A stretch of DNA of 64,000 bases, from IMG/VR virus record IMGVR_UViG_2924193448_000006, one strand, 5' to 3'. The stretch is from a virus. The translations under genes were made by a program, and so were the position numbers. The notes beneath the pieces were generated by a model that did not search any database, was not told the origin of the DNA, and was given only the letters and a program-made list of their open reading frames with translations. Positions 26,696-37,484 of this stretch are shown here, piece after piece (the first letter of the stretch is position 1; each line of letters starts with the position of its first letter).

Positions 26696-27510
26696 CACTT
26701 CAGCCCCAGGGCGCCGCGCACCGCCGGCATGGAGGTGATCGCGTAGACAGCGAAACCGACGATGACGACAAGGATGGCGATCTGCACCCGCCAGTCGAGC
26801 ACGACCAGGTTCAGTTCTTTCAGCCCAGTCACGATCGTGCCGCCGGCCGTCAGCAGCCATGTCCAGAACCGGCCGGACTTGCGCACCGGCTTCGCTCTCG
26901 GCTTAGGCACGGGCAAGGGGACTGGCCGAGCCTCCGGCTCCTCTACCGGTTCGTGCGGCCGGCGCGCTACGCCAAGCAACTCGTGCAGCACCGCCTCCAC
27001 CTTCTCCGGCTTCACCAGCGCCTTGTTAAGCCCGTCGCCGGCATAGTAGGACTGGCCGCGCCTGATCCCGCGCTCGCTGCCCTTCGTGGCCGCGAGAACC
27101 GGAAAGGAGGCCCATTCCTTCGCCAGGTTCTCGGCAAATTCAACGAGGCTGATCTTGCCGACGATGAACTCGGCATAGCCGCGCCGCAGCAGCAGCTTGT
27201 AAGCGAGCCGGTCCTGCAGATCGGGCGTGAAGACATCTTTTCCGCTGATCGACGTGACCTGCTTCGCAAGATCGATCAGCGTCGCGCGCATGAACTGATA
27301 GCCGCCGGCCGCGCTCGATCGGAACCGTTTTGACCAGCCCTTCTGCGCGTCGACGATCTCGCCGTAGGTCATGGTCGTCAGCGGCTGCGGCAGCTTGGCC
27401 TGGTTGTGGCCGTAGATCACATCGTAAGACGCGCGGTCGCTCCGCCCGACTTCCGTTTCACGGATGAAGTCGAGCAGGATCGCCGCGCCGGGAGGCACGG
27501 TTCTATCCAT
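26695..27510 (-). CDS. Endolysin (lysozyme-like) with C-terminal hydrophobic tail
   Basis: LDFIRETE...YDVIYG...SSAAGGYQFM muramidase pattern. Confidence 0.85.
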   Translation of the reverse strand: MDRTVPPGAAILLDFIRETEVGRSDRASYDVIYGHNQAKLPQPLTTMTYGEIVDAQKGWSKRFRSSAAGGYQFMRATLIDLAKQVTSISGKDVFTPDLQDRLAYKLLLRRGYAEFIVGKISLVEFAENLAKEWASFPVLAATKGSERGIRRGQSYYAGDGLNKALVKPEKVEAVLHELLGVARRPHEPVEEPEARPVPLPVPKPRAKPVRKSGRFWTWLLTAGGTIVTGLKELNLVVLDWRVQIAILVVIVGFAVYAITSMPAVRGALGLK

Positions 27511-27641
27511 CTGATTTTTCCTTTGGGTTTGGGATTTAAGCCCGTCTTAGCGGGAATGCGGGAATTCACTCGACCAGCAACGGAAACCCTGCCCATATGG
27601 TTGAGCCGGGGCCGTCGGTTGGATCATGAAGGGCAAGCACA

Positions 27642-27815
27642 ATGTCTTACGAGTGGGACCCCAAGCGAGCTCATCGGAAGAGCGTGATCAGGTTCCTCGC
27701 CGCGCTAGCCGTGCCAGCCATATTGCTCAGTTCAGCGATTGCTGTCGCCGAATGGGCGAGAGCCCCAACCGCTACAGCTGCGGCGGCCACTGAAAGGCCG
27801 GCAGCTCGGCGATGA
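27642..27815 (+). CDS. 57-aa single-TM protein (moron)
   Basis: MSYEWDPKRAHRKSVIRFLAALAVPAILLSSAIAVAEW; antisense to the late operon. Confidence 0.5.
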   Translation: MSYEWDPKRAHRKSVIRFLAALAVPAILLSSAIAVAEWARAPTATAAAATERPAARR

Positions 27816-28110
27816 ACTCGTCGACGCTCGGCTGCGAGCGCTCGCCGGTCAGCACCTTCACCAGCTCGGTCGTGGAGTAGGTCCACACCGCCGATCGCCA
27901 GGCAAAGAGCGCCTCGCCCTCGGCCGCGAACTGTGGGTTCGGATCTTCACGATAGGTGATCGCGGTCTGGATGCCGTCGTATTGGCGCTCGCGCGCCTTC
28001 GCATCGAGACGCGCCTGGATAGCGGCGGAGTATTGCGCCTGCAGCGCAGCGCGCGCCTCTGCCGCCTTCTGCTCGGCCGTGACAACTTTCGATAGGTCAA
28101 CCGTCCACAT
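27772..28110 (-). CDS. Tail-fibre-associated/assembly protein
   Basis: YDGIQTAITY...FAAEGEALFAWRSAVW...ELPAFQWP pattern; position. Confidence 0.6.
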   Translation of the reverse strand: MWTVDLSKVVTAEQKAAEARAALQAQYSAAIQARLDAKARERQYDGIQTAITYREDPNPQFAAEGEALFAWRSAVWTYSTTELVKVLTGERSQPSVDEFIAELPAFQWPPQL

Positions 28111-28444
28111 CGGCGGGCTCCTCTTCAGCAGGATCAGGGATCGACGGTGCCAGATCGGCCGGCAATGCAATCACCCCGTCGGGCGGGTCGATGAGTGGCG
28201 GAGGAAATGCAACGGCCTGAGAAGGGCCCGGGCCGTGCGGCAGGATGAGCGTCAGGTGAAGCTCGCCGGCGGTCCGTTCAACGGGGCCGACAAGCCATTC
28301 ACAAGGAACCTCGCCGGCCGGGATCGTCGCACCGTCCGGCAGCGCTGAGAAGTCGAATGCCATACCGTTGATCGTGAGGGCGTCACCAGCCTTCGTGACC
28401 TCCAGGAGGTCATCGCGGCGCTGGGGAGAGAGATCAATTATCAT
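28097..28444 (-). CDS. Tail-fibre-associated protein
   Basis: Coupled to the tail fibre stop. Confidence 0.55.
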   Translation of the reverse strand: MIIDLSPQRRDDLLEVTKAGDALTINGMAFDFSALPDGATIPAGEVPCEWLVGPVERTAGELHLTLILPHGPGPSQAVAFPPPLIDPPDGVIALPADLAPSIPDPAEEEPADVDG

Positions 28445-29580
28445 CAGAACCACCTTCCGAAAGCTGACCATTCATAGGGAACATCGTTCGCGGTCGAGCC
28501 TGATACGCCCATCCTGACAGCGGCATTGGCACCGTTCTTCGAATAAGCGCCAAGCACCGTGAAGCCGCGGAAGGTAGGGAAGACCGATACCGAGTAGTTT
28601 GTATTCGAGAACGCCGCCGGGAAGCTGATTAGCGCGTTGCCGGTGACCGAGGCTCCAGAGGTAGAGCCGAAATGATTGTTGAGGGCAGTCGAGACGTTAA
28701 TGGTCCCAGTTCCCCAACAGATCTGTGTGCCGTCAGCAAACCGCACGTACTCGCCGTTCGCGTTGCTGCCACGCTCCATGATCGCGCCGAACGGTACGCC
28801 ACCGGATTGCGACACAGTGCCGACCATATCTCCCGGCATTTTGAACCACTGGTTAGGCCAGCTGCCGCTATTTACGCTAGTCCAGCGGGTCCAACGGATC
28901 GGACTAGTCGGAGTGGCTAACCACAATTCTTGAAAAACTTGCGTGAACCGCGCGTAAACGATCAGCATCCCGGTATGTCCCGCCGCACCGGGGCCGGCAG
29001 GGCCATTCGCCCATTGGCCACCGATGGTGTAAGCACCCGGAACGACTACTGTGTTGAAATCTCCGTCCGCCAAGCCAACGCCGGCTCCGGATGGCGTCGG
29101 GCTTGGATTGCCGCCATTTACCGGGCCGAGTTTCGCCAGGAGCGAAAGCATCGAGTCTGCGGCAAGCACGTCTCGCCCCTTGGCCTTGATGTCGGTCAGG
29201 GCTGCGCCGGCTGCTCCGGTGAAGTAGGCGAGCTTATCTGCCCCAGGGTTGAGCCCGGCCAGCGCCGCAAGCGACGCATTGTCGAGCCGCTGGATATAGG
29301 TCGAGAGTGCTTGGGCATTGACGGTCTGCTGCTGCAGATAGGCCGTGTCACGAATGATCCAGTAGCCCTGCCCGGCCGCCGTCGTGCCCCGCCATGGCTT
29401 GGCCAGCGTCAATTGCGTATTGCTGTCGACGGAGAGGATCGGGACCGGGTTGCCGTTGCTGCTGTCGAGGCCGAAGAGGCCGCCAGCGATCAACGCCGTG
29501 GCCCAGGCGGTCCCGGAACCGGAGACAACAGCGCTGCCGGCGGTCACGGAAACCGTGCCCGTTACATAGGGTATGGTCAT
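28444..29580 (-). CDS. Tail fibre protein
   Basis: N-terminal GTVSVTAGSAVVSGSGT, knob-like DFNTVVVPGAY, C-terminal GEYVRFADGTQICWG domain. Confidence 0.8.
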   Translation of the reverse strand: MTIPYVTGTVSVTAGSAVVSGSGTAWATALIAGGLFGLDSSNGNPVPILSVDSNTQLTLAKPWRGTTAAGQGYWIIRDTAYLQQQTVNAQALSTYIQRLDNASLAALAGLNPGADKLAYFTGAAGAALTDIKAKGRDVLAADSMLSLLAKLGPVNGGNPSPTPSGAGVGLADGDFNTVVVPGAYTIGGQWANGPAGPGAAGHTGMLIVYARFTQVFQELWLATPTSPIRWTRWTSVNSGSWPNQWFKMPGDMVGTVSQSGGVPFGAIMERGSNANGEYVRFADGTQICWGTGTINVSTALNNHFGSTSGASVTGNALISFPAAFSNTNYSVSVFPTFRGFTVLGAYSKNGANAAVRMGVSGSTANDVPYEWSAFGRWF

Positions 29581-29591
29581 GTCAGGTTTTC

Positions 29592-31112
29592 CTAAGCTGG
29601 GATGCCGAGAATGTAGTAGCGGATGCCGAGCACGTCGTCCGCGCCTTCCGTGCGCCACGTGCCCGGATCATCATCATCGTTGTAATAGTCGCCTGGTCGT
29701 CCGCGATTAGTGACAAACGTTGCGCTTGTCTGGGTCAGACGACAATGGGAGCTGTCCCCACACTCGAAATTGCTGCTTGTCGAGTAGACCAGCTGGCGAA
29801 CGGACGGCAATTTGATCGACGCCTGCCAACTGCCGAAATTCTGATCCGAACCGGGCCCGTGTTTGGTCATGTACTTGACCATAGGGAACATTCCGGTTGC
29901 ATCAAAGGTGACAACAGTCTCGACCGGACTCCCTGCCGAAACAGGGAAATACCCCTCTTTGATGATTTGCACACAGGGCCAGCGACTGTCGATCACGATG
30001 TCTGCCCAAGACGGCGGATTGGCGGAGCCGGGGCGCAGGAATTGGACCACATCAACGCCGCCCTCAGTGAACTGCCTAAACACCTTGTTGCTGCCATTCG
30101 TCGGACTGTCGCCAGCGTCGAGATACAGCATGAACCGAGCGCGCATGGCGGATGCCGCGTTGAAGTAAATCCGCGTGCCGCTAAACCAGTACTCCGCTCC
30201 CGCGCCGTCTTCCATGTCAGGAGACCACGGATAATAGATCGTGGAGCCCGTGTAGAAATGAACATCAAGCGCGATGTTTGTCGGCAACGTTATACCGGTA
30301 TCGTAGAACGACTCACCTGCGGGAATTGCGATATCCGCAGCAGCGATGACCTTCACGGGCACACGTCGACTGTCGAATGAGATTTGCCATTCGGTCGCAG
30401 TTTCCGCGTTGTATCCCGGCTTGGCGATAATCATCTTATCCGAACGAATGATGATGTTCTTACTGCCGTTTGGCGCGAGCACGGGAGCTTCTAATGAGGG
30501 GTCTTCATTGCCCGGGAGGTTCCACACGATCAACCGCTTGTCGCTGGACTGAAAGCGGTTGTAGGCGTCGTTGGTGTCGGAGTTGTTTATCCTCGTGACA
30601 GTGCCATACGGGAATGAGCCCCAATTGCTGACAAGGCCCTGATAGTCCTTGAACCAACCGGCTTGGCGCCAGTTCCCCATGAACAAGTAACCGCCCTGAT
30701 CGTGGTAATATTTTCCGCTGTATCGGCGCTGTATCTTCATCTGATTAAAGCGCCCCGTGCGATTTCGGGTGGCTTTAACATCGAAAAGCGGCATATTGTA
30801 CTTCATATCCGGGAAGGCGCTGTTTTTAAACACCCATATGGCTTCATTAAAGCCGCCCGCGTCACCGTAAGCGACAAGCTTTTGATAGTTCGAAGAGTTA
30901 GACCCGGGGGGATAGTATTGGGTACCGTTTCCGCCGGGAATAGTGTTCACACGCTCGATATGGGCAATCGAAGCGTTCAGCGCATATTTTGAATTGTAGA
31001 GGAACTTCGATCGCTGGCTGTCCGGCGTCGTGCGCGGATTGTCAGCGTCGTTCTTCATGATTTTGACGCAGCCGGCTCCGGTACTGTCGACGCCAATCAT
31101 CGTGCGGACCAT
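29592..31112 (-). CDS. Tail tip/baseplate-associated protein
   Basis: 506-aa beta-rich ORF between tail tip and fibre. Confidence 0.55.
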   Translation of the reverse strand: MVRTMIGVDSTGAGCVKIMKNDADNPRTTPDSQRSKFLYNSKYALNASIAHIERVNTIPGGNGTQYYPPGSNSSNYQKLVAYGDAGGFNEAIWVFKNSAFPDMKYNMPLFDVKATRNRTGRFNQMKIQRRYSGKYYHDQGGYLFMGNWRQAGWFKDYQGLVSNWGSFPYGTVTRINNSDTNDAYNRFQSSDKRLIVWNLPGNEDPSLEAPVLAPNGSKNIIIRSDKMIIAKPGYNAETATEWQISFDSRRVPVKVIAAADIAIPAGESFYDTGITLPTNIALDVHFYTGSTIYYPWSPDMEDGAGAEYWFSGTRIYFNAASAMRARFMLYLDAGDSPTNGSNKVFRQFTEGGVDVVQFLRPGSANPPSWADIVIDSRWPCVQIIKEGYFPVSAGSPVETVVTFDATGMFPMVKYMTKHGPGSDQNFGSWQASIKLPSVRQLVYSTSSNFECGDSSHCRLTQTSATFVTNRGRPGDYYNDDDDPGTWRTEGADDVLGIRYYILGIPA

Positions 31113-33763
31113 TAGCTAAAAACCTCGATCGTGCCGTTGTTGAGGTCGATTGTCATTTTGCCGTTCAGTGACTGAAGCAGACCGGCGTTGACCGTTCCGA
31201 TGTTGGCAATTGCCAGCTTCAGCTCGCCGTTTTCAAAGACGAGCGGATAGTGACGATTGTTGCCTGAGGTCACGAGGAACTGATCCGCCTGGACCGCCAT
31301 GCGGGACTTCTGGACACCGCCTTCCGTGTAAAGCTCGACATAGAAGCCCGACACCTTGAAGCTCTGGCTGGTGCCGGCCCGAAGCAACACCGAGAAGCGG
31401 GCATCGACGCCGGCCGGCGCCGCGACCGCCTCGAACTTGACCAGCCCTTGTGCGAAGCGGCCGTTGAAGTCGGCGTTCACGCCGCTGATGCTGGTCGCAA
31501 GCGCGCTGTCTCCATCGGCACGCGCGGTCTCCTCCTGGATGATACGCGCCAGATTGCCGCCCACCTCGGCGTCGAGCGTGGTGATCGAGCTGGCAAGAGC
31601 GCTGTCTGCTGTCGCCCGCACGGTCTCTTCCGTGATCAACCGTGCGTTGGCCGTGCCGAGGCTCGCCTGCAGATACGTCAGCAACTGCGCCATCGCCTCG
31701 TTCTCGGAGACGCGCACCCGCCGCTCCTCGGTGATCTGCGCCAGCGCATCGCCTATGGTGGCAACGATCTGCTGGCGCTCGATCTGACCGACTGCGCCTT
31801 CGAGCGAGAACGCATCCAGCAGCTCGACGAGGCGCGGACGGAAGAATTCGTCCATCTCCTGCTGCAGTTCCTTGAAGCGGTTCAGCGCATCGTCCTGCAG
31901 CTGCTGCAGGCCAGTGAGCAGCGTCTGCAAACCGGTCGGCTGCGCCGTCGTCACCCAGGGCGTGAACGTGCGCAGCCGGTCCGGCACGGTCGTGATCGTC
32001 GCCCGGGCATTGTAGACCTTGCCGGAGACCACGTTCTTCGTGGTGCGGAACAGACCGTCCTCGGGCGAGGTGCACTGATCCTCGAATAGCTCGGTCGTGC
32101 CCTCGATCTGGTAGACGAAGCGTACGGCCGTGATCGTCGGATCGTCCGGCGGGGTCCAGGTGAACAGCAGCGCCGGCGTATCATAGCCCTGCGCGCCGTT
32201 GATCATGCCGACGGCAACGTTGAAGTTCTGCACGGTCGAGAGCAGCGACGGGTTAATTGGCGGCGTCGGCGGGATGACGATCGGCCCGGGCTCGATGCCA
32301 TCGTCGTCATAGATCTCAGCGCTGGTCTCGGAGAGCACCAGCGTGATGCGCAGCCGCTCGTCGGCTCGCCACTCGCTGATCAGCCAGCTCTTGCTGCGCC
32401 AGGTAATCCACTCGCCTTCCTGAACCGCCAAGCCGAAGCGACGGCTGACGGGAACCGTCGCCTTGCCGCCCATGCGGTTCTGACGGTAGCGGATGTTGAG
32501 CAGATACTGCGCAATGTCGGGATCGGTCACCTGCAGGAAGTCGACGCTCGTCTGCCGATTGCGGCCGTCGGCGGCAATATCCGCATTCACGTAGACCGGC
32601 TTCAGGCTCTCCGGGTTCCACATCGACTCGATCGAGGTGAACTGGCCGGAAAGGTGATTGAAGCGCTCGAAGGCAGACGGCCGGAACTGGACGTCCTTGG
32701 CGCGGTCGATCGGGATATCGGCCGCGGTCAGATCCTTGACCGGGATCTGCGGCGCGCCGGGGATGACGCCGGAGAGGCCGCGGCGGTTCAGACCATATCC
32801 GGCCATCGCATCGTCGAACTGCTTCAACACCTCGGTGTGATCGTCGTCTCCGCTGACGAACAGCGAACACTCATAGGTTTTCTTGCCGTTGCTACGCAGC
32901 GTGTCGCAGACGTTCATCGCCACGAAATAGGTGGCGAGATCGATCTGGCCGAGGCTCTTGCCCTCGCCGATCAGCGTCCGGCCGGAGACGAGCGCGCGCA
33001 GCCCCAGCTGATAGTTGAGGCGGTGGACGGCCGGGTTCTTCGTGTGCACCCAGGTCGACGGCGTGTTGAGCCGCTGCGTCCCGGCGCCACCTGCAACCGT
33101 CGAGTCCTTGCGCGGATCGTATTCGCGCAAGCCCCGCAGCACGAATTCAAGTTCCGGCCGGCCCTTCGAGCCGAAGAGCTTGTCGCTATAGATCCGCTCG
33201 ACGACGACGTAGCAAATGCCGGCATTGACGCTCGTGCTCTTCCACTTGTTGCCAAGGGCCGCCGAGACGTCGACCAGCTTCTGATCGACCATCTGGCCCG
33301 GCCTCCCATCGTAAAGGCGGATCGTCAGGACCGGGTCGCCAGAGCCGTTGACGAAGCCCTCGATATGATAGTTCGCAACTTCGTTGCCGATGACTGGCCG
33401 AGATACCAGCGCTTTCTTCTCGCCGTAAATGTAGACGTAGGGCTCCAGCCCGTCGCACCAGCCATTCGCGAGCACGAAGACCTCGGCGTTCCATTTGTTG
33501 CCGCTGCCCCACTTGGCATAGAAAGTGCGCTGCCCCTTCGTCTTGCCGACGCCGTAGAGCGTGCCGACCGGCACATCGCCGCCGAACTGGATTTCGCCCT
33601 GGACGGCCGTGTATTTCCGCTTCTGCTGCTTCTGCTGGGTAAGCTTGCCGATCGCCAGCTTGGCACCGAAGGCCAGAGCACCGCCGATGAGGCTGGCGGC
33701 AAGCGCAGAGCCGCCGAACAGCGCACCGGCGATCGCCGTCGCAATTGAAGTGAAGATTGCCAT
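31112..33763 (-). CDS. Tail tip / host specificity protein (gpJ-like)
   Basis: Phage-tail domain, Fn3-like segment, coiled coil, C-terminal AVQADQF motif. Confidence 0.8.
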   Translation of the reverse strand: MAIFTSIATAIAGALFGGSALAASLIGGALAFGAKLAIGKLTQQKQQKRKYTAVQGEIQFGGDVPVGTLYGVGKTKGQRTFYAKWGSGNKWNAEVFVLANGWCDGLEPYVYIYGEKKALVSRPVIGNEVANYHIEGFVNGSGDPVLTIRLYDGRPGQMVDQKLVDVSAALGNKWKSTSVNAGICYVVVERIYSDKLFGSKGRPELEFVLRGLREYDPRKDSTVAGGAGTQRLNTPSTWVHTKNPAVHRLNYQLGLRALVSGRTLIGEGKSLGQIDLATYFVAMNVCDTLRSNGKKTYECSLFVSGDDDHTEVLKQFDDAMAGYGLNRRGLSGVIPGAPQIPVKDLTAADIPIDRAKDVQFRPSAFERFNHLSGQFTSIESMWNPESLKPVYVNADIAADGRNRQTSVDFLQVTDPDIAQYLLNIRYRQNRMGGKATVPVSRRFGLAVQEGEWITWRSKSWLISEWRADERLRITLVLSETSAEIYDDDGIEPGPIVIPPTPPINPSLLSTVQNFNVAVGMINGAQGYDTPALLFTWTPPDDPTITAVRFVYQIEGTTELFEDQCTSPEDGLFRTTKNVVSGKVYNARATITTVPDRLRTFTPWVTTAQPTGLQTLLTGLQQLQDDALNRFKELQQEMDEFFRPRLVELLDAFSLEGAVGQIERQQIVATIGDALAQITEERRVRVSENEAMAQLLTYLQASLGTANARLITEETVRATADSALASSITTLDAEVGGNLARIIQEETARADGDSALATSISGVNADFNGRFAQGLVKFEAVAAPAGVDARFSVLLRAGTSQSFKVSGFYVELYTEGGVQKSRMAVQADQFLVTSGNNRHYPLVFENGELKLAIANIGTVNAGLLQSLNGKMTIDLNNGTIEVFS

Positions 33764-33769
33764 GACAGA

Positions 33770-34174
33770 TTATCCGAGGTGAAAGGCGGCAATGACGTCG
33801 GCGAGGCCGTGATCGCTCCGGCCGCGTTCGGTCTTGGTCACGAAACGGGCGCCGAGGCAGACGCCAACATGCTCGGCGCCGTCGGAAAGGCGCAGGATGA
33901 CGAGATCGCCGAGCCGCGCTTCCGCTCCGCCCTTCGGCTCCTGCCCGAGCTCGGCCGCAAAAAAGCTCACCAGCGACGTATGCCCGCGCCGGCGCAGCGC
34001 CCGCTGCGCGCCGGCGAGCGTGCGATAGGCGCCGCGGTACTTGTCAGCGAAGGGCCAGCCCGTCAGCGCGTCGATAAAGGCACAGCCCAGCATGAAGCAA
34101 TCGGCCGTGCCATAGGCATAGGGTTTCGCAAGCTCACGCGTGAGCGTGGCTTCGACGATACGGAAGCGGTTCAT
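33770..34174 (-). CDS. NlpC/P60-like tail-associated protein
   Basis: YAYGTADC...GDLV...HVGVC. Confidence 0.7.
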   Translation of the reverse strand: MNRFRIVEATLTRELAKPYAYGTADCFMLGCAFIDALTGWPFADKYRGAYRTLAGAQRALRRRGHTSLVSFFAAELGQEPKGGAEARLGDLVILRLSDGAEHVGVCLGARFVTKTERGRSDHGLADVIAAFHLG

Positions 34175-34273
34175 GGGCTGCCTCTGAAGTAGCGGTATCG
34201 ACGGCAGGAGGCGGACCCGCTTTGTCCCCCAAGCGTTCCGTAGCCGTTCTATACTCTATGATTTAGATCGAGA

Positions 34274-34864
34274 TCAGCGGGACACCTGTCCCCATTCCTC
34301 GGGGATGGTCGCATTCGTCGCCACGTGCTCCAGGCCCGTGTCGGTCAGATTATTGTCGAACTGCTGCTCGGCCTGCGAGCGCTTGACGCCGGTCGAGCCA
34401 CGCGCCGATCGTCCCGGCGGCTGCAGGTCGATCATCATCGTCAGCGCCCGCTCGGAGCCTGAGACCGCGCCCTCGTTGTAACGGACCTGGTCGATCTCGT
34501 AGATGGTCGACACCAGCACCCCGACGACCGTGCTGGAATTCGGCGCACCGGCGAGCGAGGTGATGATGACCGGCGCGTTCTGGTAGTTGAACTCCTCGAT
34601 CCTCGCGACCGCGTCCTCAGGATCGGTCACCGGTATATTGGAGAAGACGATGGTCCGCGTGGTGACGGCGACGCCGACGGCGCTCACCAGATCCCCCGGC
34701 TGCAGATGCCGGTTCGGCAGATACACCAAACCATTATAGGTGAACTTGCGACCACCGCGGTGGTAGCCGACCGTTTTGCCGGGCAGATCGAAGCGGATTA
34801 TATCGAGGATCGCGAACTCGCCGCTCTCGACCAGGTCCTCGACCTCGGGAGATAGCACGCTCAT
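34274..34864 (-). CDS. Minor tail protein (DUF2163-like)
   Basis: Position and composition. Confidence 0.6.
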   Translation of the reverse strand: MSVLSPEVEDLVESGEFAILDIIRFDLPGKTVGYHRGGRKFTYNGLVYLPNRHLQPGDLVSAVGVAVTTRTIVFSNIPVTDPEDAVARIEEFNYQNAPVIITSLAGAPNSSTVVGVLVSTIYEIDQVRYNEGAVSGSERALTMMIDLQPPGRSARGSTGVKRSQAEQQFDNNLTDTGLEHVATNATIPEEWGQVSR

Positions 34865-35511
34865 GGGAGGAACAACTCCGTTGCGGTAAACTGGACGTTA
34901 TAGTTCGGCCAGGCCTTCGGCAGGCTGAAGCTTCCCGCATCCATTTCCATGATGCAGGAAGGCTTCTCGAAATGGACAGTGCATGGCAGGGTAAAGACCT
35001 GCGTGTTGAGCGCGAAGCGGATCTTCAGCGTAACCACACCGGCAGCACTTGCAGTCGCGGCTTGCGTAATACGATGCAGCGATCGCACGAAGGTCGACTT
35101 ACGGACCTCGACATAATCGCCGCGCCCCAGCTTAAACCCGGCCGGCAGCCCCGAAACGACGATCGTGTTGCCGTCGGTGATCGACTGCAGCACGGCGTCG
35201 CCATTGAAGGCTCCGCCGCCGGCCTTCACGCCGGACAGGGGATTGCTGCCCTGATAGGCGATCGGCCGTGGCCGGTGCGCATCGTAGCCGGCGATTACAC
35301 CGCCGTCGTTCGCATCCATGTTGAAGGCGTCGAACAAGGCCGCCTCGGCCGTCGTCAGCTTCGACGCCGAATAGGACGCTATCCAGTAAGGCGTCCCGGA
35401 ATAGGCCGTCTCGGTACGCCTGCCTTCCATGCGGTTCGTGTCGCGGATGCGCACAGGATCGAACGCGACCTGGCCGTAGACCACGCTCGGGAGCGAAATG
35501 AGAAACGCCAT
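34861..35511 (-). CDS. Distal tail protein
   Basis: Directly after the tape measure gene. Confidence 0.65.
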   Translation of the reverse strand: MAFLISLPSVVYGQVAFDPVRIRDTNRMEGRRTETAYSGTPYWIASYSASKLTTAEAALFDAFNMDANDGGVIAGYDAHRPRPIAYQGSNPLSGVKAGGGAFNGDAVLQSITDGNTIVVSGLPAGFKLGRGDYVEVRKSTFVRSLHRITQAATASAAGVVTLKIRFALNTQVFTLPCTVHFEKPSCIMEMDAGSFSLPKAWPNYNVQFTATELFLP

Positions 35512-37379
35512 CAGAAATCTTCCCCGCCGTTCTGGCGATAGTTTGCCCGGGCTTCCTCATTGCTGCGCACTATGCGCACGGTCTGATCGCCGGTCTGCTC
35601 GAGGATGCTGGCCAACAAATCCTTGCTCAGTACGATCTCAACGACGGTGCGACCGCCGCCTCCCTCGCCATCTGCCGCCGCGCCGGACAGCTTGCTCGGC
35701 GCGATGATCCGGCCGTGGCTGGTCGGGGCAAAAAACTCGTCCTCGTATTCGTTCACCCGGTAGATGCGCCCGGGAGAAACATCGCCACCGCCGGCGCGAG
35801 CACCGCCATAGCCGAGGAAATCGCCGAGGGTCGTGGTCGGGACGAAGTTGGAGCCGCCACCGCCGCCGCCGAAGATGGAGCTGAAGATCGAGCCAAACAG
35901 CCCCTTTCCGTTCGTCTGCACGTTTATGATCTCCATCAGCAGGGCAGCGATCGCTTCCTTCGCGTCGAAGCTGCCGTCGACGATGCGCATCAGCTGATCG
36001 TCGAGGACCTGTCCCATTCGCTCGGCCGCTTCCTCGCTGCGCTCATACTGCTCGGCCAAGGCCTCCTCAGCTGCGAGCTGGCGGTATTTCTCGTCAATGA
36101 GTGCCGAGATCTGCTGACCTTCCTTCGAGGTCGCCTCGACACCCGCCTCGCGCAGCGCAATGGTGCGCTCGCGCTCGATATCGGTGAGGCCGATGATCGC
36201 CAGCTCCTCGCGCAGCGACGCGATCACGTCGTCGATCGCCTTCTTTTCTTTTTCAGCCTCAGAGACTTTCTTGGACCGACCGCCGCCTTTTTCTTCCGTG
36301 GGGATCGGCGTCCAGGTCCTCTCGGCCGGGCGGTTCATCGGCTTGAGGCGATCGCTCAGGATGTTAACGATCTTCGCCTCTTCTTCGGCGAGTTTCCGGC
36401 TCTCTTCCTTCAGGGCTTCTATCTGCCCAGTGTAGCCGGCAAGGTTGGCGTTCTTGCTGTTCTCAAAACCAAGCTTCCTGGCGACATCGGAGAGCTTCTC
36501 GTCCTGTCGAGCCTGCGCCTCCTTCTTCTTAAGGATTTCATTCTCGATCTCGAGCCGACGCTCGCCGATTTTGGCTTGCCTGCCCTGAAGCGTGCTGTTC
36601 ATCTGGTTCTGGAAATCACGGAAGCCGTCGATAAATTCCGCCAGGCTGTCGGCAGCAGAGACGATGGCGGATTTCAACTTCGTGCCGACTGTCGTCGCAA
36701 GCATGTTGAACTTGCGGTCGACGTCTGCAGCCTTCTGGATCATCTGCTCGTCAAGCACGATACCCAAGTCGTTCGCCGCCTGGATGGTGTCGCGGATGCC
36801 CGCTTCGCCCGCCTCGATCAGCTGCACGAACTGCTCGCCACCCGCCCCGCCGAAGATCTCGTCCATGACGCGGATCTGTGCCGCCTTGTCGAGCTCGCCC
36901 AGCCGACCGATGATCTCGGTGAAGAGATCAGCCGGATCCTCGAGCTTCCCCTTCAGGTCCTCGGCCGAGTAGCCAAGGCGCTGGAAAGCCTCGGCCGCCG
37001 ATCCGCCTCCGGTGACGATGAATTCGTCGGCCCGAAGGTTCAATTCCTTGATGCCGTCGGTCAGCGCGTCGACGCCGACACGGTTCTGCTCGGCGACATA
37101 TTTGAGCTCCTGGAAGCTCTTGACGTCGAGGCCGGCCCGACGCGCCTCGTCGCCGATCGAGGCAATCGCGCTCGCTGCGTCGCGCAATGCGGTGACGCTG
37201 GCGGCGGAGACAAGCCCGGTCACGAGACCGGCGCCGCCGGCCACGAGGTTCTTGATCCGGCCGAAGGATGCAACGACGTCAGTTGCCGTCGACTTCGAGA
37301 GTGCCCGCACCCGGGCAAGCGCGGACTCGAAGCCCTTCGGATCACCGGAGATCGTGACGGGAATGTCGGGACGGCTCAT
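35511..37379 (-). CDS. Tape measure protein
   Basis: 622 aa, Ala/helix-rich, Gly-rich C-terminus. Confidence 0.85.
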   Translation of the reverse strand: MSRPDIPVTISGDPKGFESALARVRALSKSTATDVVASFGRIKNLVAGGAGLVTGLVSAASVTALRDAASAIASIGDEARRAGLDVKSFQELKYVAEQNRVGVDALTDGIKELNLRADEFIVTGGGSAAEAFQRLGYSAEDLKGKLEDPADLFTEIIGRLGELDKAAQIRVMDEIFGGAGGEQFVQLIEAGEAGIRDTIQAANDLGIVLDEQMIQKAADVDRKFNMLATTVGTKLKSAIVSAADSLAEFIDGFRDFQNQMNSTLQGRQAKIGERRLEIENEILKKKEAQARQDEKLSDVARKLGFENSKNANLAGYTGQIEALKEESRKLAEEEAKIVNILSDRLKPMNRPAERTWTPIPTEEKGGGRSKKVSEAEKEKKAIDDVIASLREELAIIGLTDIERERTIALREAGVEATSKEGQQISALIDEKYRQLAAEEALAEQYERSEEAAERMGQVLDDQLMRIVDGSFDAKEAIAALLMEIINVQTNGKGLFGSIFSSIFGGGGGGSNFVPTTTLGDFLGYGGARAGGGDVSPGRIYRVNEYEDEFFAPTSHGRIIAPSKLSGAAADGEGGGGRTVVEIVLSKDLLASILEQTGDQTVRIVRSNEEARANYRQNGGEDF

Positions 37380-37484
37380 TGCGAACCTCGAAAACCGAAA
37401 TTGAGGAGAAACGACGCAGTTACCAGTTGACTCCCACGGGCTTTATGCAACTTTTGCCGCATTGGTAGCATTGGGAGAAAAGTC

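Noticed and set aside
19488..27570. Shared TTAGCGGGAAT / GCGGGAATTC at ~19488 and ~27548
   Set aside because: 10-11 nt match in GC-rich 64 kb with no extended similarity; not treated as an att pair
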